IMG/VR virus record: IMGVR_UViG_3300023179_000059
Coordinates: 25,759 to 89,758 of that record
Direction: 5' to 3' (one strand)
Length of the DNA: 64,000 bases
Origin: a virus
Lineage: Duplodnaviria; Caudoviricetes
The translations under genes were made by a program, and so were the position numbers. The notes beneath the pieces are model-generated. The model had not been told where the DNA came from. It made no database searches and saw only the letters and a list, made by a program, of their open reading frames with translations. How positions within the stretch are numbered: position 1 is the first letter of the stretch; each line of letters starts with the position of its first letter. Positions 51,401-59,543 of this stretch are shown here, piece by piece.

Positions 51401-51988
51401 TTATACCTCTTTTGTTTCTGAAATGCTTACTAAAAATCCTCCTTGCTCACTATCTGATATCCTATATGGAAACCCCACTATACTAATGTCTTTACCAGTA
51501 TTCGTTTTTGTTTCTTTGTGTAATTTTCTATTTGTATTTAAACAAGACTTAAATTCTATTAGTAATTCTTCTCTATCTTCTTCTTGTATAAAATTTAACC
51601 AATCATATCCTTCTACATTATAAGACCCAACAAAATTAAAAAACAAGCTATTATTCCATACTAATCTTCCATTATTATCTGTCTCAAATAATGGAGTATT
51701 ACTATAATGTAACGCAGCTTTTGTTCTTTGTTCTATTATTTTTTGTCTTATTTCTATTCTATGGCAAGTTTTTCTTAAGTCTATTACAGCGTCCTTTAAA
51801 CTATTTCCACCATTTGTTGTTAATTCGGATTTAATAGTTTTTATTGAATCATTTACATTTTGATGATCGTTGATGAGTTGAATGACAGGTTTTACTATTT
51901 TTACCCAAATTAAACTAAAAAATGTGAATACCGCACCTAAAATACTAACGCTTATTGGTATATATTCTAATATTTCTTTTGATAGCAT
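51401..51988 (-). CDS. TM + coiled coil + PAS-like domain protein
   Basis: N-terminal TM; NGGNSLKDAV; then PLFETDNNGRLVWNN..VEGYDWLNFIQEEDRE PAS signature. Confidence 0.65.
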   Translation of the reverse strand: MLSKEILEYIPISVSILGAVFTFFSLIWVKIVKPVIQLINDHQNVNDSIKTIKSELTTNGGNSLKDAVIDLRKTCHRIEIRQKIIEQRTKAALHYSNTPLFETDNNGRLVWNNSLFFNFVGSYNVEGYDWLNFIQEEDREELLIEFKSCLNTNRKLHKETKTNTGKDISIVGFPYRISDSEQGGFLVSISETKEV

Positions 51989-52013
51989 GTTTATCCTTTC
52001 TTTTAGAATTTAA

Positions 52014-52039
52014 GGATGGCACCCCGAAGGGTGCCACCC
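52014..52039 (-). terminator. 11-bp hairpin with cUUCGg loop
   Basis: GGGTGGCACCC-TTCG-GGGTGCCATCC; weak U-tail (TTAAATT), so possibly leaky. Confidence 0.65.
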
Positions 52040-52057
52040 AAAACACACTACCTAAAC

Positions 52058-52693
52058 TCAGCTTTCGTATGAATCTTTTGCTTGATACTCGTCTGTTGTT
52101 GGCTCACCAAGAGCGCCAAAGTGATATGTTAGTTCACCCGGTACGCTACGTGTTGGGCTTGCAGCGTCGTCTGTGCCAGCGACGTTACCAGTTGTAGCCA
52201 CGTATGTAACGAGATTACCAGCACCAGCACCCTTTGTTCTGCCGGGAACAACACCGCTAGATGGTACAGCCAAGATATTATAAGTAGTAACGCCAAGTTT
52301 TCTTGTTGTTAATAGCTTATGAATTGTTGGTTGACCAACTCCAGCATATTGAGCGCCGGGAACATTTAGTAATGACTCTGAATCATTATTTACTTTACTG
52401 GCACTATCACCAGCAGCTCTCATAATGAAATTTCTTTCACCAGCATTAGCGTCTGGAAAGTATGCTAAACCACCTGTTCCAGCAGATTTAGCCTTTATAA
52501 CACCATGTGGATCAGTAAATTCATTACCAGAAGCATTGTTTTGAACTACTTTTGAGCCATATTCTGAACCAGTTGCTAGTTCGTTTACATTAAGAACCTT
52601 TGTCATTGGACTATCTGACAATGTTCCTCCAGCGACTACTGTGCCGCCATCATTTTTAACAGCATTTGCACTAACAGCTTTAGTTGTGGACAT
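52058..52693 (-). CDS. Gly/Ala/Thr-rich putative virion protein, 211 aa
   Basis: Own promoter, AAGGAG RBS and downstream hairpin. Confidence 0.5.
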   Translation of the reverse strand: MSTTKAVSANAVKNDGGTVVAGGTLSDSPMTKVLNVNELATGSEYGSKVVQNNASGNEFTDPHGVIKAKSAGTGGLAYFPDANAGERNFIMRAAGDSASKVNNDSESLLNVPGAQYAGVGQPTIHKLLTTRKLGVTTYNILAVPSSGVVPGRTKGAGAGNLVTYVATTGNVAGTDDAASPTRSVPGELTYHFGALGEPTTDEYQAKDSYES

Positions 52694-52758
52694 AATTTCT
52701 CCTTTAAATTTAAATTTAGATTATTTCCAAAGTCCTTTGTAAGTCCACTTCCTATAAA

Positions 52759-52767
52759 ATTATACAC
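52759..52767 (-). promoter_or_regulatory. Extended -10 promoter GTGTATAAT
   Basis: Same 9-mer as at 11636-11644; lies in front of an intergenic leader. Confidence 0.5.
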
Positions 52768-52768
52768 T

Positions 52769-53239
52769 TCATGCTAATTTTTTACCTAGATTTGTAATTA
52801 GCTTTTTGATTTTTTTCCTTGTTGTTTCCCTATTACTATTGATTTTTTTGGCTATTTCTTCTATTGTCATATTGCTCAATTTATACATAAATAGCTTTTT
52901 ATCTTCATCAGTCTTTAATTCATCCATAATATCTATCATAAAATATGGATCAGATTTTTTGACAATATTATCATGAAGTTTCTGGCTAAACTTACTATGC
53001 TTTCCAAGAAACTTTATTTCTTTTAAGCACTCAATAAAAACACCATTATATAAATATGTTGTAAATTTAGTGTTCTTTTCTGGCTTAAAATGGAGAAAAG
53101 ACTTCCAAAGAGCATTAAGTTGACAACTATATATAATATCTTTATCTAGTTGATTTGCAAATCTTCTAGAAGCCTTATTCATGATATTGACTATATCCTT
53201 ATTCTTCATAGCTAATTCAATTTTTGTATTTAAATCCAT
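52769..53239 (-). CDS. Phage sigma-70-family sigma factor (regions 2 and 4)
   Basis: LWKS..F.PEKNTKFTTYLY region 2; MTIEEIAKKINSNRETTR HTH. Confidence 0.7.
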   Translation of the reverse strand: MDLNTKIELAMKNKDIVNIMNKASRRFANQLDKDIIYSCQLNALWKSFLHFKPEKNTKFTTYLYNGVFIECLKEIKFLGKHSKFSQKLHDNIVKKSDPYFMIDIMDELKTDEDKKLFMYKLSNMTIEEIAKKINSNRETTRKKIKKLITNLGKKLA

Positions 53240-53240
53240 A

Positions 53241-53690
53241 TTATTTTCCTTTTAGTAATTCATCCTCTATTGTTTTTCTAACATCTCCAAAATCAAACAT
53301 ATTACCTATACCAATAAAAAATCTATATCTACTACAAATTTTTAAAACTTCGATACCCGGTGTACGATTTAACTTTTCTTTTATAATTGGTGTAATATCA
53401 AAATTAGTATGACCAATCCAACAATCATAATTAGATAACATAGTTACATCTTCTAATAATTGTTGAGAAACTGGCAATATGAAGGGCTTATTTATTTCTA
53501 TTCCAGTATTATCATTAAATATACTTTCTTCTTCTTCTTCAATATCTTCAATTTCATCTTCATCTTCCATTTGTGATATAGCATTATTTTTGGCTATTGT
53601 TTTCATTATATTGGATAAAATTGGTGAAGATAGTTGTTTTTCTATTAAGTCTTCATATTTTTGCCAACCTATTTTAAGTTTTTTAGCCAT
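53241..53690 (-). CDS. Hypothetical protein with acidic tract
   Basis: GGAGG RBS; EDEDEIEDIEEEEE. Confidence 0.55.
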   Translation of the reverse strand: MAKKLKIGWQKYEDLIEKQLSSPILSNIMKTIAKNNAISQMEDEDEIEDIEEEEESIFNDNTGIEINKPFILPVSQQLLEDVTMLSNYDCWIGHTNFDITPIIKEKLNRTPGIEVLKICSRYRFFIGIGNMFDFGDVRKTIEDELLKGK

Positions 53691-53706
53691 TATCCCCCCC
53701 TTTATG

Positions 53707-54093
53707 TTATCTTAACATGTCAGATGGTTGTATGCAAGGTTGTGAGCTTATAGAATCTTTATATGTATTTATAAATTTATTGTTTTCGTTTTTTGCTGCC
53801 TGTTTTGCAATATGTTGAATTAGTAAAATAACTAATTTTTCTTGACCGACCTTGATCAAATTTTCTTTAATTATATTTACTGTCTCTACATAACACTTAT
53901 CTTCAGATAAAACATCTAGAATTTGAAATAAAGAATTCATTGATTGTTCATCATATTCTTTAATGGCTATATCAACAACAACAGAACTATCTTTTTTTAT
54001 AAAGTATGTTATATTTGCAATTACTTCTTCTTCTAGATCAATGTGTTCTTTGTTAGTATTATTTATATTTTTAGATTTGAAGAAATTAAACAT
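53707..54093 (-). CDS. Hypothetical protein
   Basis: Coupled ORF. Confidence 0.5.
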   Translation of the reverse strand: MFNFFKSKNINNTNKEHIDLEEEVIANITYFIKKDSSVVVDIAIKEYDEQSMNSLFQILDVLSEDKCYVETVNIIKENLIKVGQEKLVILLIQHIAKQAAKNENNKFINTYKDSISSQPCIQPSDMLR

Positions 54094-55144
54094 ATTTTAA
54101 CACCATTTGTGCAGAGTTTTTCCAAGTATATTTATGTGCCGTCTCTATTCCGTGTTGGTTAATCTTTAGTTCTCCCATATTTTTAAGTTTATAGATATTT
54201 TTCATATGGGTGATTATATTATCTATTTGATTAGATCCTATCTTTGCCCATTTACCTATTTTTCCATGAAACCAAATGCCGTCATAGGCCAAAGTGTCTT
54301 CATCTATATCTATTAGATATGAATTATTATTATTACAAAATTCTAGATGTGCAGAATATTTAGTAGTTATAACACTTTTACCACATGCCATCATTTCCAA
54401 TAATTCTAAATTCCACCCTTCTGCTCTGGCCGGAAATATTCCACAATCTGTTTGGCACATAATATTATACACTTCATTTTGTGTTCTTGTTCTTTTAATA
54501 ATCTTTATTTTATCACCAAGTTTGCTATTTTTATATAGATTTATCCAAGATTTTTCCTGTTCTTCATTTAAAAATGGATTCTCGCACATCATCCATAATT
54601 CAACATTGTCTTGATTTATGAACGCTTTATTGAAAGCTTCTACTATAATATCATGTCCTTTTCTTATTTCCCATTTTCCACAATTAAAAAATATTGTTTT
54701 TTCTGATGCATTTTGTTCTTGAGGTTTAAATATATCAATATCAACGCCAAGTGGAATAACTGATACATTATTATTTGATATAGATATTTGATCTAATACT
54801 ACATCCTTGGCCCATTCTGAAGTTACAAATATTTTATCTAAATAAGAAAGATGATGTTTTTCTATATCGGAAAATTCGTTTAATTCAAAGAACGGAAAAC
54901 CAATTTTATTTCCCTTACCAATAAATTGTGCCATATCATGCTGATGCCATATTCTAATACATGGTGCATTAAAATCTGGCTTGATAGCGTTTGATAATGC
55001 TTTTCTTACTATATTTGCGTCTTCTTCGCTGGTAATTTGTATTTGACCTATAGGCCATAATGATACTTCTGGTAAGTTTTTTATTATATTAAAACCAGCA
55101 ATACCATATCCTAACTGATTTATTGGTGATATTATATTTATCAT
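54086..55144 (-). CDS. GT4 glycosyltransferase
   Basis: LGYG, PLGVD, GKWEIRKG, EGWNLELLEMMACG. Confidence 0.85.
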   Translation of the reverse strand: MINIISPINQLGYGIAGFNIIKNLPEVSLWPIGQIQITSEEDANIVRKALSNAIKPDFNAPCIRIWHQHDMAQFIGKGNKIGFPFFELNEFSDIEKHHLSYLDKIFVTSEWAKDVVLDQISISNNNVSVIPLGVDIDIFKPQEQNASEKTIFFNCGKWEIRKGHDIIVEAFNKAFINQDNVELWMMCENPFLNEEQEKSWINLYKNSKLGDKIKIIKRTRTQNEVYNIMCQTDCGIFPARAEGWNLELLEMMACGKSVITTKYSAHLEFCNNNNSYLIDIDEDTLAYDGIWFHGKIGKWAKIGSNQIDNIITHMKNIYKLKNMGELKINQHGIETAHKYTWKNSAQMVLKYV

Positions 55145-55686
55145 TTTATATCCTTAAAGAATAACCAGCGTTCTAATTGAACAGTTTTTTCTAAACTATC
55201 TATTACTTGAAGATGATTTATTATTTCTTCCATAGAGTTAAAAATATTTTCGTGCGGTAGCATAAAAAATAACCAATTTGGAGCTTTATTTTTTCCCTGC
55301 TCACACCATATTAATACTGGTTTTTTTTGTCTATTTGCAGTTACTATTTCTTCATAAGAGCCACACATATGTATGCTCATATCTATATTTGCTATGATAA
55401 AATCTGAAATATCAACACATCTAAGATCAACATTGCGAATAATACCATATTCTTCTCTAATTTTATCATATTGTCCAGATTGTTTATAAAATTCTATTTT
55501 AGATCTAGTATGTTCATTTTCTTGTATATTATCAATTTGTTTTTTGCATGGATCTAAAACTATAATTCCAAGATCTTCTAGGTGTGGAGTTATTCTTTCT
55601 CTCCATCCTCTACCACCATCTGGTACTCTATCCATAGCACCAACTAGGTAAGTTCTCATTCCACTAAGATTGTTTTTCAAAGCCAT
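55141..55686 (-). CDS. Nucleoside 2-deoxyribosyltransferase / nucleotide hydrolase-like
   Basis: YLVG.M, WRE..VLDP, DLRCVD.SD, GSYEE. Confidence 0.7.
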   Translation of the reverse strand: MALKNNLSGMRTYLVGAMDRVPDGGRGWRERITPHLEDLGIIVLDPCKKQIDNIQENEHTRSKIEFYKQSGQYDKIREEYGIIRNVDLRCVDISDFIIANIDMSIHMCGSYEEIVTANRQKKPVLIWCEQGKNKAPNWLFFMLPHENIFNSMEEIINHLQVIDSLEKTVQLERWLFFKDIK

Positions 55687-56077
55687 TATCTATACTCCAC
55701 CAAATTTTTTTAACACCAAGTGCGTTTAATATATGACTACATTGGTCACAAGGTTTACTACATCGTAATTCTCCACGCTTATTCAATCTAATTATAACCA
55801 TTTTTAGTGAGTCATCTACGTAATATTTTCCCCACAATCTAGAAATTAAATCAGTCTCAGCGTGTAAGTATGGATGATCTGTATCAGCATTAAATCTTTT
55901 AGCTAAAAACAGTGCTTGTGTATGAGTTTTTTCTGGATTATTTTGTCCTATCGCAAGAAGTCTATTCTTTTTATAACCAAATGCAAAGTGAAAAAACTTA
56001 TTCTTTGTTTGTCTAACCTCTTTTGCTTTTGGAAGTAGCGTTAATGCGATTTCAACTGATTCTGATATAATATTCAT
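55664..56077 (-). CDS. Zn-dependent cytidine-deaminase-fold protein
   Basis: LHAE...SKPCDQC. Confidence 0.75.
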   Translation of the reverse strand: MNIISESVEIALTLLPKAKEVRQTKNKFFHFAFGYKKNRLLAIGQNNPEKTHTQALFLAKRFNADTDHPYLHAETDLISRLWGKYYVDDSLKMVIIRLNKRGELRCSKPCDQCSHILNALGVKKIWWSIDNGFEKQS

Positions 56078-56493
56078 TTTATGTATACAAACTTAATAAA
56101 GTCTTCTATCGTTGATGGATTATGCTTAATAAAAATATCTTGTGTAATTCTCTTTGCTTCTGTTTTTTTGGTTCCTAGAGAAACCAATGCTAGAACACAA
56201 TCATTAAAAAGTTCTTGATTTATTACTATTTTCTTTTGTTGCACAACTGGCTTTTGTGTGGGACTAGTTATTTCTAAAGGAACAACACGACTCTTCTTAA
56301 CACTAGTTTTTCTTATTTTTGTATTGTCAACAAATTCAACTGACTTTTGAACATTGTCACTTATGTATCCTATCACATATTCATCGTTAAATGAAATACC
56401 TTTTCTCTTATTTGTAAATGAAAAGTATACAGTTAACAATGCAATAATAAGAACACCAAGTTGACCAACGAATGGATGTGGTTGTGGATTCAT
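56074..56493 (-). CDS. TM protein with C-terminal RuvA domain III-like module
   Basis: TM at aa 9-28; DCVLALVSLGTKKTEAK resembles RuvA EAxxALxxLGY. Confidence 0.5.
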   Translation of the reverse strand: MNPQPHPFVGQLGVLIIALLTVYFSFTNKRKGISFNDEYVIGYISDNVQKSVEFVDNTKIRKTSVKKSRVVPLEITSPTQKPVVQQKKIVINQELFNDCVLALVSLGTKKTEAKRITQDIFIKHNPSTIEDFIKFVYIK

Positions 56494-56512
56494 CTTTTTC
56501 TCCTTTCTAGCA

Positions 56513-56540
56513 ATTATACAAGAAGTATCGTCAAAGTCAA
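56513..56540 (-). promoter_or_regulatory. Sigma70-type promoter TTGACT-N16-TATAAT
   Basis: Followed by AAGGAG RBS; spacer contains TGACGATAC. Confidence 0.7.
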
Positions 56541-56550
56541 GCTTAGACTT

Positions 56551-56591
56551 AAAAAAAATGACCCGACAAGCGTCATGCTCATCGGGTCATT
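56551..56591 (-). terminator. Rho-independent terminator
   Basis: 10-bp stem AATGACCCGA/TCGGGTCATT plus T-tract on the minus strand. Confidence 0.8.
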
Positions 56592-56611
56592 AAATTAGAC
56601 TTAGTTAGTGA

Positions 56612-56947
56612 TCAGTCACTAATCTTTTCCTGTGTAGAGGAATTTGAAGGCCCAAGTGAAATTTCATCTGCCATTACGCATACTGAACTACGTGGATTTC
56701 CTTCCTTATCTTGATAGTCATCTATCTTTATCTTTCCCTGTACACCAACCAGTCTACCTCTTGTAAGATGATCCTTTAGAGCTTCCGCCATCTTACCAAA
56801 ACATAATACGTTTAGGTATAGTGTGTCGTCATTCCTTCGATCATTTACAGCCATTCTAAACTTAGCCATTGATGTACCCTTTTGGGTTACATTAAATTCT
56901 GCATCCTTTGTTAGACGACCACAACCTAGCCATGTATTAATATTCAT
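56612..56947 (-). CDS. ssb: Single-stranded DNA-binding protein
   Basis: GRLTKD, FRMAVN, FGKMAE, RGRLVGVQGKI. Confidence 0.9.
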   Translation of the reverse strand: MNINTWLGCGRLTKDAEFNVTQKGTSMAKFRMAVNDRRNDDTLYLNVLCFGKMAEALKDHLTRGRLVGVQGKIKIDDYQDKEGNPRSSVCVMADEISLGPSNSSTQEKISD

Positions 56948-56950
56948 TTA

Positions 56951-57268
56951 TCATACCTCCAATGCTGAACGAATTCTACCACGCAATACTTGTGTATTTC
57001 CACGATTGTAAGTACCAAGAGTGGCACTATATATTTGCCTAGCAAAATTCCTTGGAATGCCAAGTAGGCTAGCAGCAAATTCTACACCATCTCTTGTATT
57101 TTCAATAAATCCAAATCCAGACTTATGTGCAAGTGCTGTAATTGGGTTTAATGTAAAACCACGGGCTGGACCACTCTGAATAGTTGCCACAACCTTCTTA
57201 CCATTAACATCCCAATGATAAGAATTTGAAAGATTATCAAGCCTGTTATAAAAATCACTTACATTCAT
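56951..57268 (-). CDS. Hypothetical protein
   Basis: AGGAG RBS; coupled ORF. Confidence 0.55.
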   Translation of the reverse strand: MNVSDFYNRLDNLSNSYHWDVNGKKVVATIQSGPARGFTLNPITALAHKSGFGFIENTRDGVEFAASLLGIPRNFARQIYSATLGTYNRGNTQVLRGRIRSALEV

Positions 57269-57271
57269 CTT

Positions 57272-57517
57272 TTACTCTCCTAGATAGGGTTTACTTACAT
57301 TCTTACTAACAACATTATCTACAGAACTAGAGGTATTAAACTGTTGCAATAACTCTATACCATTCTTTAGATATTCTTTTAATCTATTAACTTCTTGATC
57401 AATTTCTAATTTTTTACTTTCAAGATCGTTAATAGTATTTTGCACATTTGCTAAATGTGATTGGCTCATTAAAATTAATTGATTTATTTTTTCTTGCATT
57501 TTATGTCCTTTACTCAT
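57272..57517 (-). CDS. Small coiled-coil protein
   Basis: Heptad pattern; preceded by TTGTTG-N17-TATAAT. Confidence 0.5.
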   Translation of the reverse strand: MSKGHKMQEKINQLILMSQSHLANVQNTINDLESKKLEIDQEVNRLKEYLKNGIELLQQFNTSSSVDNVVSKNVSKPYLGE

Positions 57518-57549
57518 AATATTATAGCAGTCTAACTAAATTACAACAA

Positions 57550-57744
57550 TCAAGTTTCTTCTGTTATATAACGTAAGACTTGCTGATGTGTCCAAGTACT
57601 TGTATATTCTCCAAAGGTCGATAATTCTGCAATTTCTTTATATTCTAGTTCTAGTTTAAGAATTAATTGTATTATTACTTCTTCATTGTGAGATATAATA
57701 CAATCATTTACTAATTTTCTTATTATTTCTGATCTTGTTTTCAT
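57550..57744 (-). CDS. Hypothetical 64 aa protein
   Basis: ATGA coupling. Confidence 0.5.
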   Translation of the reverse strand: MKTRSEIIRKLVNDCIISHNEEVIIQLILKLELEYKEIAELSTFGEYTSTWTHQQVLRYITEET

Positions 57745-58172
57745 ATTTCGTAATAATCTATTTCTATATTTGCTTCATTAAATAATTGTCTAGATAACTT
57801 AAAATCATTTTCCCATCTATCTATTTTATTTATTGGTGCAACAATTCTTTTTATACCAGATTGTATTATAATACCAGCACATCTTGGACAAGGTTCAAAT
57901 GGATAAGTATATAATGTACAATCTTCTAAGTTCCTGTTTGCAAAAGTAATTGCATTTATTTCTCCATGTACGATGATTTTATATTTTGTTTCTCTATCAT
58001 TTAGTCTTTCATCATCCTTTATTCCTTTTGGAAAACCATTATAACCAATAGAAACAACTCTGTTGTGTTTATCAGATATAACGGCACCAACTTTTGTAGA
58101 TGGGTCTAAACTCCAATTAGAAACAAATCTAGCTAATTCTAGAAATCTAACGTCCCACTTTTGTAAACTCAT
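57741..58172 (-). CDS. dCMP deaminase
   Basis: SLDPSTKVGAVI, GYNG, VHGEINAI, PCPRC. Confidence 0.9.
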   Translation of the reverse strand: MSLQKWDVRFLELARFVSNWSLDPSTKVGAVISDKHNRVVSIGYNGFPKGIKDDERLNDRETKYKIIVHGEINAITFANRNLEDCTLYTYPFEPCPRCAGIIIQSGIKRIVAPINKIDRWENDFKLSRQLFNEANIEIDYYEI

Positions 58173-58305
58173 ACCACAATAATCCTAAATTTGCAAATGT
58201 ATATCCTGCCCACATAACACTATGTGGATGATCTTTTTGTATATAACAAGAAATGCTCGTTATTGCATATAAAAATGTTGATATAATCACGCATGGAATA
58301 GCCAT
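58147..58305 (-). CDS. Small 2-TM protein, 52 aa (not in ORF track)
   Basis: MAIPCVIISTFLYAITSISCYIQKDHPHSVMWAGYTFANLGLLWYEFTKVGR*; TAATG coupling to guaC. Confidence 0.6.
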   Translation of the reverse strand: MAIPCVIISTFLYAITSISCYIQKDHPHSVMWAGYTFANLGLLWYEFTKVGR

Positions 58306-59447
58306 TATACACTTTTATCAAAATGAGTTCTATTGACCATAATAAATTCTGCACACTTTGGTAAATCTTTAAGTGATGTTGCTCCTATATAAGCACAGGC
58401 ACTTCTGATACCACCCATTATATCATTCATAATATCAGACGCACAACCTTTATATGGAATTTTAATTACTCTTCCTTCACTGGCACGATAATCTTTTATA
58501 CCACCATATTTTTCCTGTGCCTTATGTGAACTCATCCCATAAAATAGTAATGATATTTTTTTCTTTTCAGTATCATAACCGGGATCAATCGGTTGCCACC
58601 AATTGACAATATCTTTATATGAATCAATATCTGAGTTTGATTTTATGACTGCTGAACATTTGTATTCATATTCCCATTCTCCCTCGCACTGATCAGTTCC
58701 AGCAAGCATACCACCAAGCATCACGAAGTCTGCGTTTGCCGCAAAAGCCTTTACAACGTCTGAGGGTGTTCTACATCCACCGTCTGCACAAATCAATCCT
58801 AGACGCCTGTCTTCACTTTTTAAACCATGAGCAGCGTGTGAACATTCAGATATCGCAGACAATTGAGGAAAACCCACTCCAGTTTTTAACCTTGTTGTGC
58901 AAGCAGAGCCGGGACCAATACCAACTTTAACTATATCTACTCCACCGTGTAAAATAAGTTCCTGCACCATCTCTGGTGTACATACATTACCAGCCATAAT
59001 AATTGGCTGAATACCAAAAGTATCTCTAACTTTCCTACAATAATTCACAAAGTCATCAGTATATCCGTTTGCAACATCTATACAAATATTTGGTATAAAT
59101 CCAACATCGTCTATAATAAATCTTATCTTATCTAGATCTTCATTTTTAATACCAACGCTTAACCATTGAGAATTGACATTACAAAAATGATTTTGATAAT
59201 CCTGTTTAGTATAATGTTTATGTAGACATGTTATAGCTTTATATTCTGATAACTTATCGGCCATTTCAAATGTACCAGTGGAGTCCATATTTGCAGCCAT
59301 TATTGGCAATCCTGTCCACTGCCTTGTAGAGTGATAGAATGAGAACGTTCTATCAATACTTACTTCTTTCCTTGATGCTGCCCTAGATCGTTGTGGAACT
59401 AGTAAAACATCGTCAAAATCTAACTTAATATCATTTTGAATTTTCAT
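58305..59447 (-). CDS. guaC: GMP reductase
   Basis: LDFDDVLL, MAANMD, KVGIGPGSACTTR, ADGG, FYGMSS, YRASEG. Start at MKIQND (59447). Confidence 0.88.
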   Translation of the reverse strand: MKIQNDIKLDFDDVLLVPQRSRAASRKEVSIDRTFSFYHSTRQWTGLPIMAANMDSTGTFEMADKLSEYKAITCLHKHYTKQDYQNHFCNVNSQWLSVGIKNEDLDKIRFIIDDVGFIPNICIDVANGYTDDFVNYCRKVRDTFGIQPIIMAGNVCTPEMVQELILHGGVDIVKVGIGPGSACTTRLKTGVGFPQLSAISECSHAAHGLKSEDRRLGLICADGGCRTPSDVVKAFAANADFVMLGGMLAGTDQCEGEWEYEYKCSAVIKSNSDIDSYKDIVNWWQPIDPGYDTEKKKISLLFYGMSSHKAQEKYGGIKDYRASEGRVIKIPYKGCASDIMNDIMGGIRSACAYIGATSLKDLPKCAEFIMVNRTHFDKSV

Positions 59448-59499
59448 ATCATAGGGTCCATGATGTGTCCAGTGATCCGTATTGTGCGGGTAATACAAA

Positions 59500-59537
59500 T
59501 ATAACTCATGGGGCGATTGCTCACCCCACAAGTTATA
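59500..59537 (-). terminator. 17-bp hairpin with GCAA tetraloop
   Basis: TATAACTTGTGGGGTGA-GCAA-TCGCCCCATGAGTTATA, three G-U pairs, then TTTGTATT. Confidence 0.65.
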
Positions 59538-59543
59538 CTATAG

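Noticed and set aside
58304-58312. Third GTGTATAAT copy
   Set aside because: It is the guaC last codon plus a TAATG stop/start overlap, with no room for a leader; probably coincidental.
59448-59531. 28-aa N-terminal extension of GuaC (ORF-track start 59531)
   Set aside because: It overlaps a strong hairpin, and GuaC homology begins at MKIQND (59447).
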